64,000 nucleotides of DNA from NCBI GenBank assembly GCA_951406725.2, contig OX597814.1:131998001-132062000 (forward strand). The letters run 5' to 3'. Below the pieces are notes generated by a model. It had not been told where the DNA came from and did no database searches. It saw only the letters and a list, made by a program, of their open reading frames with translations. Of the stretch, positions 52,076-64,000 are shown in pieces (the stretch's first letter is position 1; each line of letters opens with the position of its first letter). A program made the position numbers and the translations under genes. The DNA comes from Octopus vulgaris. Lineage: Eukaryota.

Positions 52076-53140
52076 AAATTGTCACTTAATTTGTCGGAAA
52101 ACATTTCGAATTTTTTCTCGATACACTAAAGACATTTATTCAGCGATAAGCATGATAATAAAAGCTAACAGTAATATCGCAACTGCATTTTTCATTTGCT
52201 GTAAAAAGAGTGGTGACTGAAGGAATTTGTGTGAACAATTGTTAAAGGGGACTAGGTGAAATGGTGTACAATGTAGGACTACAAGAAGGAAGTACTCCGT
52301 GGAGCCGATATAAGGAGAGTACTTTGCAGAGCTCTGAGAAAGGACCAGTCTTGCAAAAGCCTGAAAATTCCTGATGACAATACTTCAGTACTGTAACACT
52401 AATTTATAAAGAAACCGTTAAAACATGTAATTTCAGTAATTTCTTGGTTACCTTCAGCAGATTTGCACAGTTTGTAGTGCAATTTTTCGCAGTTTAAATG
52501 TAACTACCTTTATACTTACTTACATAAACACATTTTGACGAAATTAGGAGTGTCGACCTGTGAATTCACACGTTTATATGTCTGCCTACTACCACTCTAA
52601 ATGCTTTTGTTATAAATCTATTTTGTTTCTCTCACTTCGTTTCTCCCTTACCTTCATAATGACAATGGCTTTACTTATTATTAACAAACAAAAGAAAAAA
52701 GAAAAAGAGAGTATCGTATACTAGCTCAGTGTATATTATGTCATCCGCCAGCTCTCTTCAACACTTTAAATGACTTTTCATTTAAAACTTTATCGAAAGT
52801 TATATCTTATTCAACTCTATAAAATAAATAACAGTAATATTAGAAATATTAAATTTCTAAATATCTCATAGAGATATGTGCGGTGGTGGGGCGATAGAGT
52901 GGTTGTATACTGTCAACTTAACGTGACAGTAAGGGAAGAGGGGGGATTACACCACCGCTGTTTAGCCCTAGGAAGCATCGACGCTTACTGTCGTCCTTGA
53001 CACATTTCCTGTGTCCTTATATATTTACGAAGGGGAGACAAACACCCCCAACAGCTAGGCTTGTTCGTAAACTTATATATATATATGTATATATATATAT
53101 ATCTGTAAAATAATGTGTGACAATTATTCAATAGCGAAGA

Positions 53141-53198
53141 TAAAACTCTGAGTTTCAGATGCCGAGGTGGAAATCCACAACACCATCTCTTCGGATAT
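53141..53198 (-). ncRNA. Variant hammerhead-like motif
   Basis: CCGAAGA gatggtg..cggcatc t GAAA CTCAGAG TT; U4C core change, poor helix I. Confidence 0.35.
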
Positions 53199-53226
53199 AT
53201 ATATCGTTGGCGATTTTTAATATTTT

Positions 53227-53400
53227 AAAATTAAAAACGTTTACCATCTCAACTATTTCCCAGACCGACGGTCTGTATGTCTGAAAACTAAAAGGCTGTC
53301 CCACTGAAGAAAGCTGACCTTCAGCAAATACTTTTTTTCTGGAAATAGTTAGAAACCGTCGGTCTGGGAAATAGTTGAGATGGTAAACGTTTTTAATTTT
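53227..53400. repeat. 45-bp perfect inverted repeat
   Basis: 53227-53271 is the reverse complement of 53356-53400. Confidence 0.9.
53299..53369 (+). ncRNA. Type-I hammerhead ribozyme motif, sense strand of IL-17 #2 intron 1
   Basis: tccca CTGAAGA a agctg..tagtt a GAAA CCG-t-CGG TC tggga: 5-bp helix I, canonical core, GUC site after 53364. Confidence 0.7.
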
Positions 53401-53548
53401 CATTCCTTTCGTGAATTTATCCTTTTTTGTGGTCTTGAGATTTCTACTGCTCTTTCTAGAACAACGCTTTCCTATTTGGAAGGCTCTTAATGTATTTCTA
53501 CATGAATTAGGCCACTGGTAATAATAATTTATTATTTTATTATTACCC

Positions 53549-53629
<81 letters not shown>

Positions 53630-53758
53630 GTATATGTATATGTCTGTGTGTGTGTGCATGTGTTGAAAATGAATTATCTTAAATGTATTTATTCGGACAA
53701 ATATATATCATATTGAAAGTAAAATACACCACTTGATTAACATTATTTCTTTTCACAG

Positions 53759-54277
53759 TTTGTAAACTACTTTCTCCTCAACTTTATCTTGACTGTATCT
53801 TCGGCACCAACGCAGACCAAATGTGAAATACCAACGGACCTGATAGTCCATTACAACAGTTTGTCCGGTGCATCTATTGGCAAAAAAATTTTTCTATCAG
53901 CTGAAATGGCTCCAGCAGGAAGTGACCAGCAACCACAAACCGATGGGGATAAAACTTGTCCAACATCTCTGGTTTCTACTAATATCGTCCGCGAACGTTC
54001 AACCTGCCCTTGGTATCTTAAAGTTATCAATGATTCATCAGTTTTCCCCCCATCACGTACTGAAGCGGTGTGTCGCTGTAGAAACTGTCTAGGCTCTGAC
54101 AACAACCACCAATGTGTAACAGTATATACTAAAACGACTGTCCTGAAACGTACAGGTAAATGTGTTGATGGATTGTACGTGTATAGACCAAGTGTGATTC
54201 AAGTACCCACAGCCTGTGTCTGTGCAAAGAAATTCGATATCATTTCTAGCGAAAATGACCACCTTTACGAGTCGTAA
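53759..54277 (+). CDS. IL17: IL-17-like gene #2, coding exon 2 (177 aa predicted in total)
   Basis: Acceptor tttcttttcaCAG|; motifs RSTCPWYL, FPPSRTEAVCRC, TVLKR, VPTACVC; no stops; clearly paralogous to 21274-21789. Confidence 0.95.
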   Translation, partial: FVNYFLLNFILTVSSAPTQTKCEIPTDLIVHYNSLSGASIGKKIFLSAEMAPAGSDQQPQTDGDKTCPTSLVSTNIVRERSTCPWYLKVINDSSVFPPSRTEAVCRCRNCLGSDNNHQCVTVYTKTTVLKRTGKCVDGLYVYRPSVIQVPTACVCAKKFDIISSENDHLYES

Positions 54278-54595
54278 AAACATCAAGCTACCATTTTGAA
54301 ATGCGTGTAACGCAAATGTCATTCATAATTTTATGAATCTTAAAGTAAACCACTATGTGGTTATTATATTATTTCTTATATTTTGTTAATACCTTTAATA
54401 TATGCAACTGTTTTATATTTCATAATCATAAATATATTCAATGAAATCCCAAGTGATTACTATGTAATCAATTAAAATTGTTAGCATATTGTTAACTATG
54501 TCGTTATCTAAATAACAGTATGTTATTTAATCATAAATGTACATATTAATCTATAATATATAACTGCGCTAGACGCAGTTCACGCCCATTTACAC

Positions 54596-54643
<48 letters not shown>

Positions 54644-54668
54644 CAAGAAAACCTACTCTTGGTTATTG

Positions 54669-54790
54669 GCGGCGAGCTGGAAGAACAATTTGCACGCTAG
54701 GCGAAATGCATAGCAGCATTTCGTCCGTCTTCGTGTTCTGAGTTCAAATTCGACGAGGTCGACTTCGCTTTTCATCATTTCGGAGTCCAT
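54669..54790 (+). mobile_element. SINE fragment (Nin-like core family) between (CA)n tracts
   Basis: ggcggcgagctgg..gttctgagttcaaattcgacgaggtcgac. Confidence 0.8.
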
Positions 54791-54844
54791 GAAAGATTTT
54801 GTCGTAATCTACAATTTGACATAAAATATCAAATAATAAACGTT

Positions 54845-54911
<67 letters not shown>

Positions 54912-56178
54912 GCACACACAAACATGTGTATATAAAATCATATTCCATTTATAGTCTCCAAATCAAGAGTTTTTGCCATCTTGCATTTCTAAAAACTGGA
55001 CAAACAGTCCTCGAGGCACCGGTCTATGGCACGTGCACATCATTTTTAGTAATGTTAATGGCGGAACGTTAAAATGGGCTTCCAGACTCATGTATAATAG
55101 ATGCCGGCTGGTCCGGTAATCTCGTGTTCAAAAGTTGAACTCTTAGGCCACGCATATATATATATATATGCAAAGTCTATTTAAATATAATAAATTTTGC
55201 TTTTATTGTATATACCTATAGATAAAAGTCTATAATAACTTCAAGCAACGTTAAAAATTCATAAATGTATATTATATATAATACTAAAAATTTCATTCAA
55301 AGAAAATTGATACATATATATTGTGTTGTACATATTAATTTGCTATTAAAACCTGCTTTTTATATCAATTTATATTTAAATAAAAACATTAAATAATATC
55401 TTAACTCGTTGATATTTTCTTGAATTAATTCAATGGTGTTACTTCTCTCTAGCCATAACAATTTATCAATATGCATTTGTAAGTTCACATTATAATACTG
55501 CTTGTATTACAATTACTGTAATTTAACGTATATTTCATACATAAAGTACCATTTCGAATAACTTCCTTTATTTCGATTATCAGTCGTAACAATTAATGCA
55601 ATTTCTGATAGTTTCGCATTCCACCAAACTGATGAGCAGTATTGACTGTCAGAAAATTCCCAAATTCTTTTAGATCACATTATACCTACGATATATTCAT
55701 GCAGCCTCCATATTAACCGAACAACAAAAACAACAACCTTTAAGTGTTCATTTTGTTTTAACTCTTTGTAAAGTTTCGCTTTTACTCGCCCTTTATTTCT
55801 CTCACATATCCATCGCAAAGCTTTCCTCTGATGCTACTCCGTGGAGATCAACCATCGTTTTGATATCATTAATCCATTTTCTAGCTAAAAACCGAAAACA
55901 TAATTCAGGGAAGAACTACACTCTGCCATCATAGCAGTTCATGCGGCTCATTAAGACTCTCATATTTTAAGTAACTCCATTTATCAATGGTCTCCTTACT
56001 GCTTTCCATTAGACCATCAAATCAAGAATCAGACTGGTCAGTTGATTCGATTAATGGAAAAGCTTGCGCATGAAATAAATAAATAAATAAATAAATATAT
56101 ATATATATATATATTTGTATGTATGTATACATATGTATATATATACACACACACAAACACGCATGCACACACACAGAT

Positions 56179-56216
<38 letters not shown>

Positions 56217-56249
56217 ACATATATATGATATATCGTTAGCCACTACACA

Positions 56250-56410
56250 CATTTTTTCTCTCCCTGTTTTTTTTCTGTGTCCCTTTCTATAGAAGAGCGT
56301 ACGCTCGAAACGTAAAAGACTTTTTCTATTCCTGAGCGTTATACTAATACATCTATTTGTTTTGTACACAACCTGTCTTCGTCTTTTGTTCTTTTCGTAA
56401 ACTCTCCCTA
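56250..56410 (+). mobile_element. (TA)n-flanked short element with a minimal hammerhead-like motif
   Basis: cttt CTATAGA A gagcg-ta-cgctc GAAA CG TA aaag (56283-56318); copy of 19060-19245. Confidence 0.65.
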
Positions 56411-56829
56411 TATATATTTGCATATATATATAATTTATATTATTTGATTAAACGCCACGCATCCATTTGCAAGTAAGTTTATCTTAATATTTCTGATGCC
56501 TCTACCCTATATTGTTCTCTCCCCCATCGTTTTCTCTCATCCTTTCTGTATTTCGTTTATACTCTCCTTCACCCTTTTCTATCTATCTCTCACCCCCTCT
56601 TTCTCATTTACTCCCTCTCTCTCGTTGCTCACATGTGACCATCGTCCATCTTTCTATTCTTCACGTGATCATCTTTCTTTTTCTTCAGGGCTGTCGTACA
56701 GACTGCACATAACCTATCTGTCTCTTTCAAAATTATGATGCTATGATGCTAGGTGTTTCCTTTATTTTGTCCAGCCCCTGTATATATAACTTTTCAGAAC
56801 CCCCTTTCATATATATATATATATATATA

Positions 56830-57026
56830 TTGAAAAGCCTGATTGTAAGGGTGTCTCGAAAGGCCTGGTTGGAGGCTCGACATACTTTTACAAGGTTTAA
56901 TATAAGTGAAGGACCGCTGCAACAGGTATGTGAATCTGAAAAGAGAATATGTTGAATAAAATAATAAACTGATCCTCCAGTATTTTTATTTACTCAAAGC
57001 CAGAAACTTTTCAGTACTCCCACGTA
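56830..57026 (+). mobile_element. Short mariner derivative
   Basis: Same family as 5170-5384 (RCNRYVNLKREYVE*; aaagccagaaacttttcagtactc end). Confidence 0.65.
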
Positions 57027-57419
57027 TATACACGTGTTTATGCATTTGGTTCTGTTTAAAAACTGTAAATATATGCCATTCAAGTGTAAAATGAATTCAT
57101 TCCAATCGTCTTAATTTCTACTTCTTCATAGTCCCTTACACTAAACGGTTTTCGCCTTACTTAGGACTTAAGAATTTAAAAAAAAATGTATAATGAACAG
57201 TAGCGTGGATACAGTAACAGAACGCCGTATTACAGCGGTGTTCACTTTCAGAGGATTTCTCGAAGCGAATATCGTTATATTACCGGCATTCTAATAATTA
57301 AGCAACGTCAAGTAGGTTACAAAGATTACCAGATCGGTCCGTCTATTTGTTTGTCTGTCTGTCTGTCTCTTTCTGTCTTTGCCTGTCTGTCTTTCTCTAT
57401 CTATCTTTCTATCTATCTG

Positions 57420-57499
<80 letters not shown>

Positions 57500-57504
57500 A
57501 ATAT

Positions 57505-60360
57505 ACACCATATATCTATCAAAATATACACCAAAGCACCCAACACACGAATACCAACGCCATGTCAACCGATGAATATAAGAGGCCTTCTATAGAACAG
57601 CAACGAAACTGAGCATCTGAAAAACCTTTCTGCATGTAATCAAGCTATATGCATTGCACTTACAGAAACACATCTATTTGCAGACATAAGTGATGCGGAG
57701 ATGCACATATCAATGTATACTATCTTCCGTACAGACAGAAGAAAAAGAAGTCACGGTGGAGTTGCAATGTACATCCGAAAAGAGGTCACACCATTAAGCC
57801 TGTTATCGAACTCGATGTGTGATACACTCATAGTACATCTAAAGCAACTTGATATAGTGATGTGCACAGTATATATCCCAGCCTCAAAATTCTGATGGAA
57901 AATCTGAGGAAAGCCTCAGTGCGGTAAAGAAAGTATTAACACAATTGGATCAATGTACTACTATATTCCTGATGGGTGACAATATTCTCCACAATATTCT
58001 CAGACCATAACATGATAGAACTAACGATGTATGGTCCGGAATTAACTAAAGATAAACTCCGCACAGATGGCGCTCAAACTCTATCCAGCCTAAATTTCTA
58101 TAAGGTTGACTGAAAGTCACTTAAGAAACTGATACTCCAGCAGGACTGGTCTAAAAGCTTCTCTACGCAAGACATAGATATGAAACTTAATAAATTCATG
58201 TCAATAATGCGAGCCATATGCATTAAATATGTCCCAGAGAAGGGAGCTAATACGCACAAAAACATCATTTTCCTCGAGACAGGAGAATACTCATGCGGCG
58301 GAGAATAAAGATCTTGAATCGTTTAAACAAACACCTTAATTACAGTGTCACATCCCACTTGACAGATGAACTCTTCGAGATAGAAAATAAACTCAAACTC
58401 TCCCATGAAAAAGAAAGAGAAAAAAGAGAAACCTGGGCAGTCGAAAATATAAAAAGAAATCTTAAAGCCTTCTACACGTTGGTGAGTCTACCTCAGTACG
58501 CTATAAGGTAGGCCCACTATTTGTTAAAAACGGCACACTAACTGCAGACCCGGGGAATATAATTGAAGCAGTAAATAAACAATTTCAAAGTGTTTTCACT
58601 TCTCCACTGGAAAATATGCAAATAAACTAGCCAAAGGAGTTTTTCAGCGTAATGAATCTATTCGGAAAAGAGGCAACCATCGATTACATCAAAATAACAG
58701 AAGAGGATGTTATATCGGCCATTGATGAGATGAGATCAAACTCAGCAAGAGGTCCAGATAGACTCCCAGCTGTTCTCTTAAAGACATGTAAAAAGGCTCT
58801 TGAAAAGCCACTGCAGATGCTCTTTCAGAGTTTCCTTGCATGTGGTAGACTTCCCAACATGGTAAAAGAGGGTATAATATGCCCTGTCCATAAAAGAAGG
58901 AACAGAGCAGATGCTAAAAACTACAGGCCCATCTCTCTGACCTCACATGTTAGCAAGACAATGAAATGCATGGGCAGAAAAAGGCTAATCACGTGCCTAG
59001 AAGAAAACAACCTTCTACACACACGCAACATGGCTTCCGTCCAGAGAGGAGCTGCCTCACACAGCTGCTGCAGCTCTTTGACTGAGTTCTGAAGCAACAG
59101 CCAAACCAGTCAGCTGTAGACGCGATATACCTCGACTTTGACAAGGCTTTCGACAAGGTTGATCGTGGCATGATAAGTCACAAGCTGCGAAACTTTGGTA
59201 TTACCTGGAAACTGGGAGAGTGACAGAAGGATTTTTCTGAAGGGCAGGAGTCAGATAGTTGTAGCCAATGGGGCTCACTCTGAAGAGACACAAATTCTCA
59301 GCGGAGTCCCACAGGAACTGTATTGGGGCCACTACCATATATGGTGGCCCTTTCAGACATGCCCTCCGCGGTACAGTCAGCCAATCTGACAAGTTATGCT
59401 GACGATACAAAAGTATCGCAGGTAGTTAGGAACCCAGACGACATCATAAACCTGCAGAAGGGCCTGAACGAAATCTACAAATAGGCTAACAAAAATAACA
59501 TGCAATTCAATGCTATGAAATTCCAGGAACTCAATTGTCGGTCCAGCACTAGGCTAAAATCGGAATACACTGGACAAGAAATTAATATGATCCCAGAGTC
59601 AGTGTCAGTGCGTGACCTGGAGGCTCGCATGAGCAATGATGCAACATTCCATGTGCATATTACCAATATGGCATCATTGTGCAGGCGAGTGACTGGTTGG
59701 ATTCTGAGGACATTCAGAACCAGGAAAAGGGAAGCCCTGCCATCCCTATGGAAGACTTTCGTTCTCAGATGCTTGGACTACTGCTCGCAACTATGGTCCC
59801 CAGAGAGTGTGAAACAAACTGTGAAATTCGAAGCAATCCAGCGCCAATACACAAAGAAGATTGATTCGATGCAAAAAATGGGCTACTGAGAGAGGCTAAA
59901 GGAGCTGAGTATCTATTCATTGGAGAGAAGACGAGAGAGATATGCGGGGATATATATTTGGAAGATCTTGGAGGGTTTAGTTCCCAATTTTAGAATTGAC
60001 AGCTATACCAATCCTCGAACTGGACGGCACTGCATCATACCAAAGATCCCGTCTTCCCCATCTAAAACAGCACAGTACGGCAACAGTCTTGATTTGAAGG
60101 GTCTGCAAACTGTTCAACCTCCTTCCAGGCAACCATAGAGGTATACATGGTGTTGATGTGGAAGTTTTCAAAGAACGTCTGGACAGGTTTTATCTGAGAT
60201 ACCAGATGAACCCACATCGCGGCAGGAGAATGCAAAGAAGAGCAGCTCTGTCCAACTCGCTACTTCACCAAAAACAGTACCGGAAGCAACACCGAGTAAT
60301 TACAGGTGGTGCACCAGCATGACCTCAGCCCTGAACTGAAACCAGTAAAAGATAAAAGAT
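57505..60360 (+). mobile_element. Degenerate CR1-like LINE ORF2 (APE + RT) with 3' tail
   Basis: MNIRGL, LTETHL, RTDRRKRSHGGVAMYI, NYRPISLTSHVSK, DAIYLDFDKAFDKVD, SGVPQ, SYADDTK, LDYCSQLWSP, LERRRERY; related to 43310-44330. Confidence 0.9.
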
Positions 60361-60574
60361 ACTTATGTAAAAATGCACCATCGTTATGCATTTATCTTGA
60401 TGTATAAATATCGGCATAGAATTAGAGGCGTGCATTTCCCTAAAATAATATGATATAAATGTAAAAACATTAGACAGAAAAACTACAGAAAACCCTAAGA
60501 AATATTTAACGTAAAAAAAGCCCCTCAATCGAATCCTTCCTCAAACATCAAGTTTAATATTTCGGCATTTCTTC

Positions 60575-60881
60575 GTTTTAACTCGACAAACCAAAACAGA
60601 CACTCGGTTGTTTCCGTGACAACTCAACAATTCACTTCGGATATCTTCGTGACCTCCTTGACAGCTGCAGTGACACTCATACAGGTAAAAACAAGCACGC
60701 ACGCACGCACGCACGCACACACAGACACACAGACAAGAACAAGTACGCAACACAACCCTTTAGCTTTCTTCTCCTCCTCCCAGTTTAGCAGCTGTTACGG
60801 AGGTCACGAAGATATCCGAAGTGAATTGTCGAGTTGTCACGGAAACAACCGAGTGTTTGTTTTGGTTTTGTCGAGTTAAAA
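60575..60881. repeat. Inverted repeat with ~94-bp arms and ~120-bp spacer
   Basis: 60575-60668 is the reverse complement of 60788-60881 with few mismatches. Confidence 0.9.
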
Positions 60882-61369
60882 CAAAAGAACGCCTTCTTAT
60901 CAGAAATCTCATAACAGTAACACCAGTTCAACCTGAAATGTGCGACCAACCATTTTATTTGCATTGTTTTTGTGAACCCTAAAACACAAAACCAACTTGC
61001 AATACAAAGAATGTTCTGACCTGAATTCGATACTGCTGTCTGTAAAGTTACATCCACGCTTGACTGCAACCGAAAAAATTACAAAATTCCGATACCAAGC
61101 CGAAAAAATATCTCTCAAAGTAACATTCCTTCAAATCTACAAGCCTTCCACACACACATATCTTCCTACTATTTTCTTTTATAAACTCTTCCAACACAAC
61201 TAGTTTCAGTTTTACATCTAGTACTGCTAATGATCATTCCGCATAACTCCTCTTAACCAGCAATAAACCAATTTTCCAATAATTAAATAAAGCAAAAATG
61301 TACCAAAGGAAAAAGCAGTATGACGAACGAAAACTTGCAAAAACGAAGTCACAGTCAACCTTTATATAT

Positions 61370-61575
61370 ATATATTAGAAGAAATGAGGTACTCAGAAAT
61401 TCGGATGGTTTTATATTTACAGATATTTATTTGTATATTACATGTTTTTATACATCATATATCATATCTCATCATATATACATGATATATGATGTATAAA
61501 AATATGTAATATACAAACAAATATCTGTAAATATAAAACCATCCGAATTTCTGAGTACCTCATTTCTCCTAATAT
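61370..61575. repeat. Palindrome (~95-bp arms) between (TA)n tracts
   Basis: agaaatgaggtactcagaaattcggatggttttatatttacagatattt / reverse complement at 61518-61567. Confidence 0.9.
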
Positions 61576-61596
61576 AAAATACCTGTACATCAAATC

Positions 61597-61714
<118 letters not shown>

Positions 61715-61872
61715 TTGGTATGTGAAAGCACATTATGCAGTTTATTTCAAGATTTCCTGTCAATAAAGAAAGAACCGGTTTCTAGCCTAGATCCAAGGCT
61801 CCTTCATTGGAATTTCAACATCACAACAAGGTATTTTTGCATGTATGTATGTAGGTATGTATGTGCACATTG

Positions 61873-63120
61873 GATGCAGATGATTGTGAGCTAGTAGCGC
61901 ACACAGAGATTGATATGCAACACATTTTGAATGCATTCTCTGATGCTTGCTCTACCTTAGGATTGACAGTCAATCTCAAGAAAACTGTTGTTATGTACCA
62001 ACCTGCCCCTGGTAAGCAGTATATTGTACCAAATATCTATGTGTATGGTAAACGACTTTATGTAGTTGATCAGTTTGTCTACCTGGGAAGCACTATTAAT
62101 TGATATAGCAATTTGGATGATGAAATGCCATATAGAATTAGGAAAGCAAGAGATGCTTTCGGAAGGCTAGAAAGGCGCCTCTGGGGTCGGCGAGACATAT
62201 GCAGAAAGACAAAGATAAAGGTGTACAAGGCATGTGTGCTCCCTTCTCTTCTCTATGCCTGCAAGACGTGGGTCACATATCGATACCACCTTAAACAACT
62301 GGAATGTTTCCTTCAGATGTGTCTCAGACGGATCTATGGCATTAAGCGGGAGGACCGCATCAGTGATCTTGAAATATTGGAAGACTCTCGGTGCGAAAGT
62401 ATAGAAGCTCTTGTATTAAAGCAAAGGCTCAGATGGAGTTGTCATCTAGTCAGGATGAAGGATTCAAGGATGCCAAAACAATTCTTTTATGGAGAGTTAG
62501 CTAAAGGAGAACGACCTCCACGTAAACCAAAAAAAGAGGTATAAGGACTTGCTGAAGGCTTCCTTAAGAGATGCTTGCATCTCTCCTAACACATGGGAGA
62601 GCATAGCTATTAATCGTAGCAGGTGGAGAAAGATTGTGCACGAGAGGACAGCTACTTTTGAGAAAACTCGAGTTGCGCATGAGAAAGTAAGGAGGGATGT
62701 CAGGAAGGGCATCGCTGCTACACTTCCAGATGGGAAGGGTCTCCCTATGATGCTGACATGCAATGTCTGTGCAAGACCCTGCCTCAGTAAAGCTGGACTC
62801 AAGAGTCATCTTCGTAGTCATAAAGCAAAACAGATGAGTGACCACCTGGCCACTGATGGTGGTGTTACACACCATATTTATCATATCTGTCAGGCATGTG
62901 GAAGAGAGTGTAATTCGGCTGGAGGACGTAAACGACATGCAAAGGTACATGAAGCCCAGTTACAACTACAGCCGGCTATTACCGGTAAAGGTTTTAACTG
63001 CCAATTCTGTACAAGACACTGTAGATCTTTAGCTGGGCTAAAATGTCACATTCGATCACAGCACCAATGACAGTTAAGCTTCGTGCAATGGCCATACTCG
63101 ATAACGAGGGGACAGTCATC
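61873..63120 (+). mobile_element. 5'-truncated RTE-clade LINE with three C-terminal C2H2 zinc fingers
   Basis: 12-bp TSD ATGTGCACATTG (61861-61872; 63121-63132); ADDCELVAH, FVYLGS, KVYKACVLPSLLYA, LRWSCHLVRM; fingers CNVC..HLRSH, CQAC..HAKVH, CQFC..HIRSQH. Confidence 0.95.
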
Positions 63121-63550
63121 ATGTGCACATTGTATGTTTTGTTTTAAATATGTATTCTCATGGAGCTTTCTAATAGCATATCCGTGCATAGTCTTCTACT
63201 CATATAGGCTCGTCTTTTCATCTGATGATACGTTGCGGTAGAGTCGTGCAACTTCTTTGGGCACGTATTCAAGATTATCAGACAAGGAGTGTTGCTCAAG
63301 GAGCTATCTTCCAAGTCTTGTGATGTTATCAGGCTCATGTATGCAAGCATGGTCAAGAGATGCACTTCGGCACTTGGTGATTAAAAGATGTTGCCGAATG
63401 AATACGATGCGACATTCAAAGGCATTTTATATCGATGTTAAGCCTTTGCCATCTTGTTTTCGTTTTCGGTTGAGGTGGAAATTATGTATGTTTGTTAGTA
63501 TTTTCGGGTTTTCAAATCAATGGCTCAGATCTCATGTATGTATGTATGTA

Positions 63551-63947
63551 TCAGGTCATCCCATAAGTTCTGTCCGATTTTACCTTTTTTAAAATTGAAT
63601 AAAATTTAATAGCATTGTAGAATGTCTAATGGAATTAAAAATTATTTTTATGCATTTGTGTACATTTAAACTAATTAAATATTATTTTACAGAATAATAG
63701 AATTAAAATGTTTTGATTAAAACCCTTTCTATCAAGCCAGGAGAAGACCGAAACTGACATTTTAGAGTTCTTCGCTTTGAAACCAAAAGAGTTTTACACT
63801 GATGGGATTAAAAAGCTTGTAAATAGGTGGAAGGAAGTCATAGATAATCAAGGAAAAGTACATTGATGATTAAATTTCAATTAAATATAACAATTTATCA
63901 CTTGTTTTCTTTATTCAAAATTCGGACAAAACTTATGGGATAGCCTG

Positions 63948-63948
<1 letters not shown>
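63551..63948 (+). mobile_element. Internally deleted mariner element inserted in (TATG)n
   Basis: TA duplications; TIRs tcaggtcatcccataagttctgtccga / tcggacaaaacttatgggatagcctga; remnant FYTDGIKKLVNRWKEVIDNQG. Confidence 0.9.
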
Positions 63949-63978
<30 letters not shown>

Positions 63979-64000
63979 TGTATGTATGTATGTATGTATG

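Noticed and set aside
62549-63070. Host C2H2 zinc-finger gene
   Set aside because: Continuous with RTE ORF sequence and enclosed by a 12-bp TSD.

Overview
Eukaryotic, AT-rich, microsatellite- and transposon-dense DNA; the repeat families and tandem IL-17 genes suggest a cephalopod (Octopus-like) genome, which is an inference. The only host genes I can support are two paralogous interleukin-17-like genes on the + strand, about 36 kb apart. Each has a 15-nt coding first exon that the ORF track misses (MKITT at 12897-12911; MESFQ at 49086-49100), a long phase-0 intron and one large coding exon (21274-21789; 53759-54277). Their TATA/Inr promoters and 5' leaders are recognisably homologous. The rest is mostly decayed mobile DNA: RTE, CR1-like, Tx1-like and R4/Dong-like non-LTR retrotransposons, mariner derivatives, Helitron-like elements, tRNA-derived SINEs, Penelope-like (PLE) remnants and many fold-back inverted repeats. 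The most notable unannotated signal is about a dozen minimal type-I hammerhead-ribozyme-like motifs in (TA)n-flanked PLE-type DNA. They show CUGANGA...GAAA, a palindromic helix III and a UH site. One has an intact core, lies on the sense strand of the second IL-17 intron, and sits next to an antisense copy of its own cleavage site. Repeat boundaries were read by eye and are approximate unless TSDs or TIRs are quoted.
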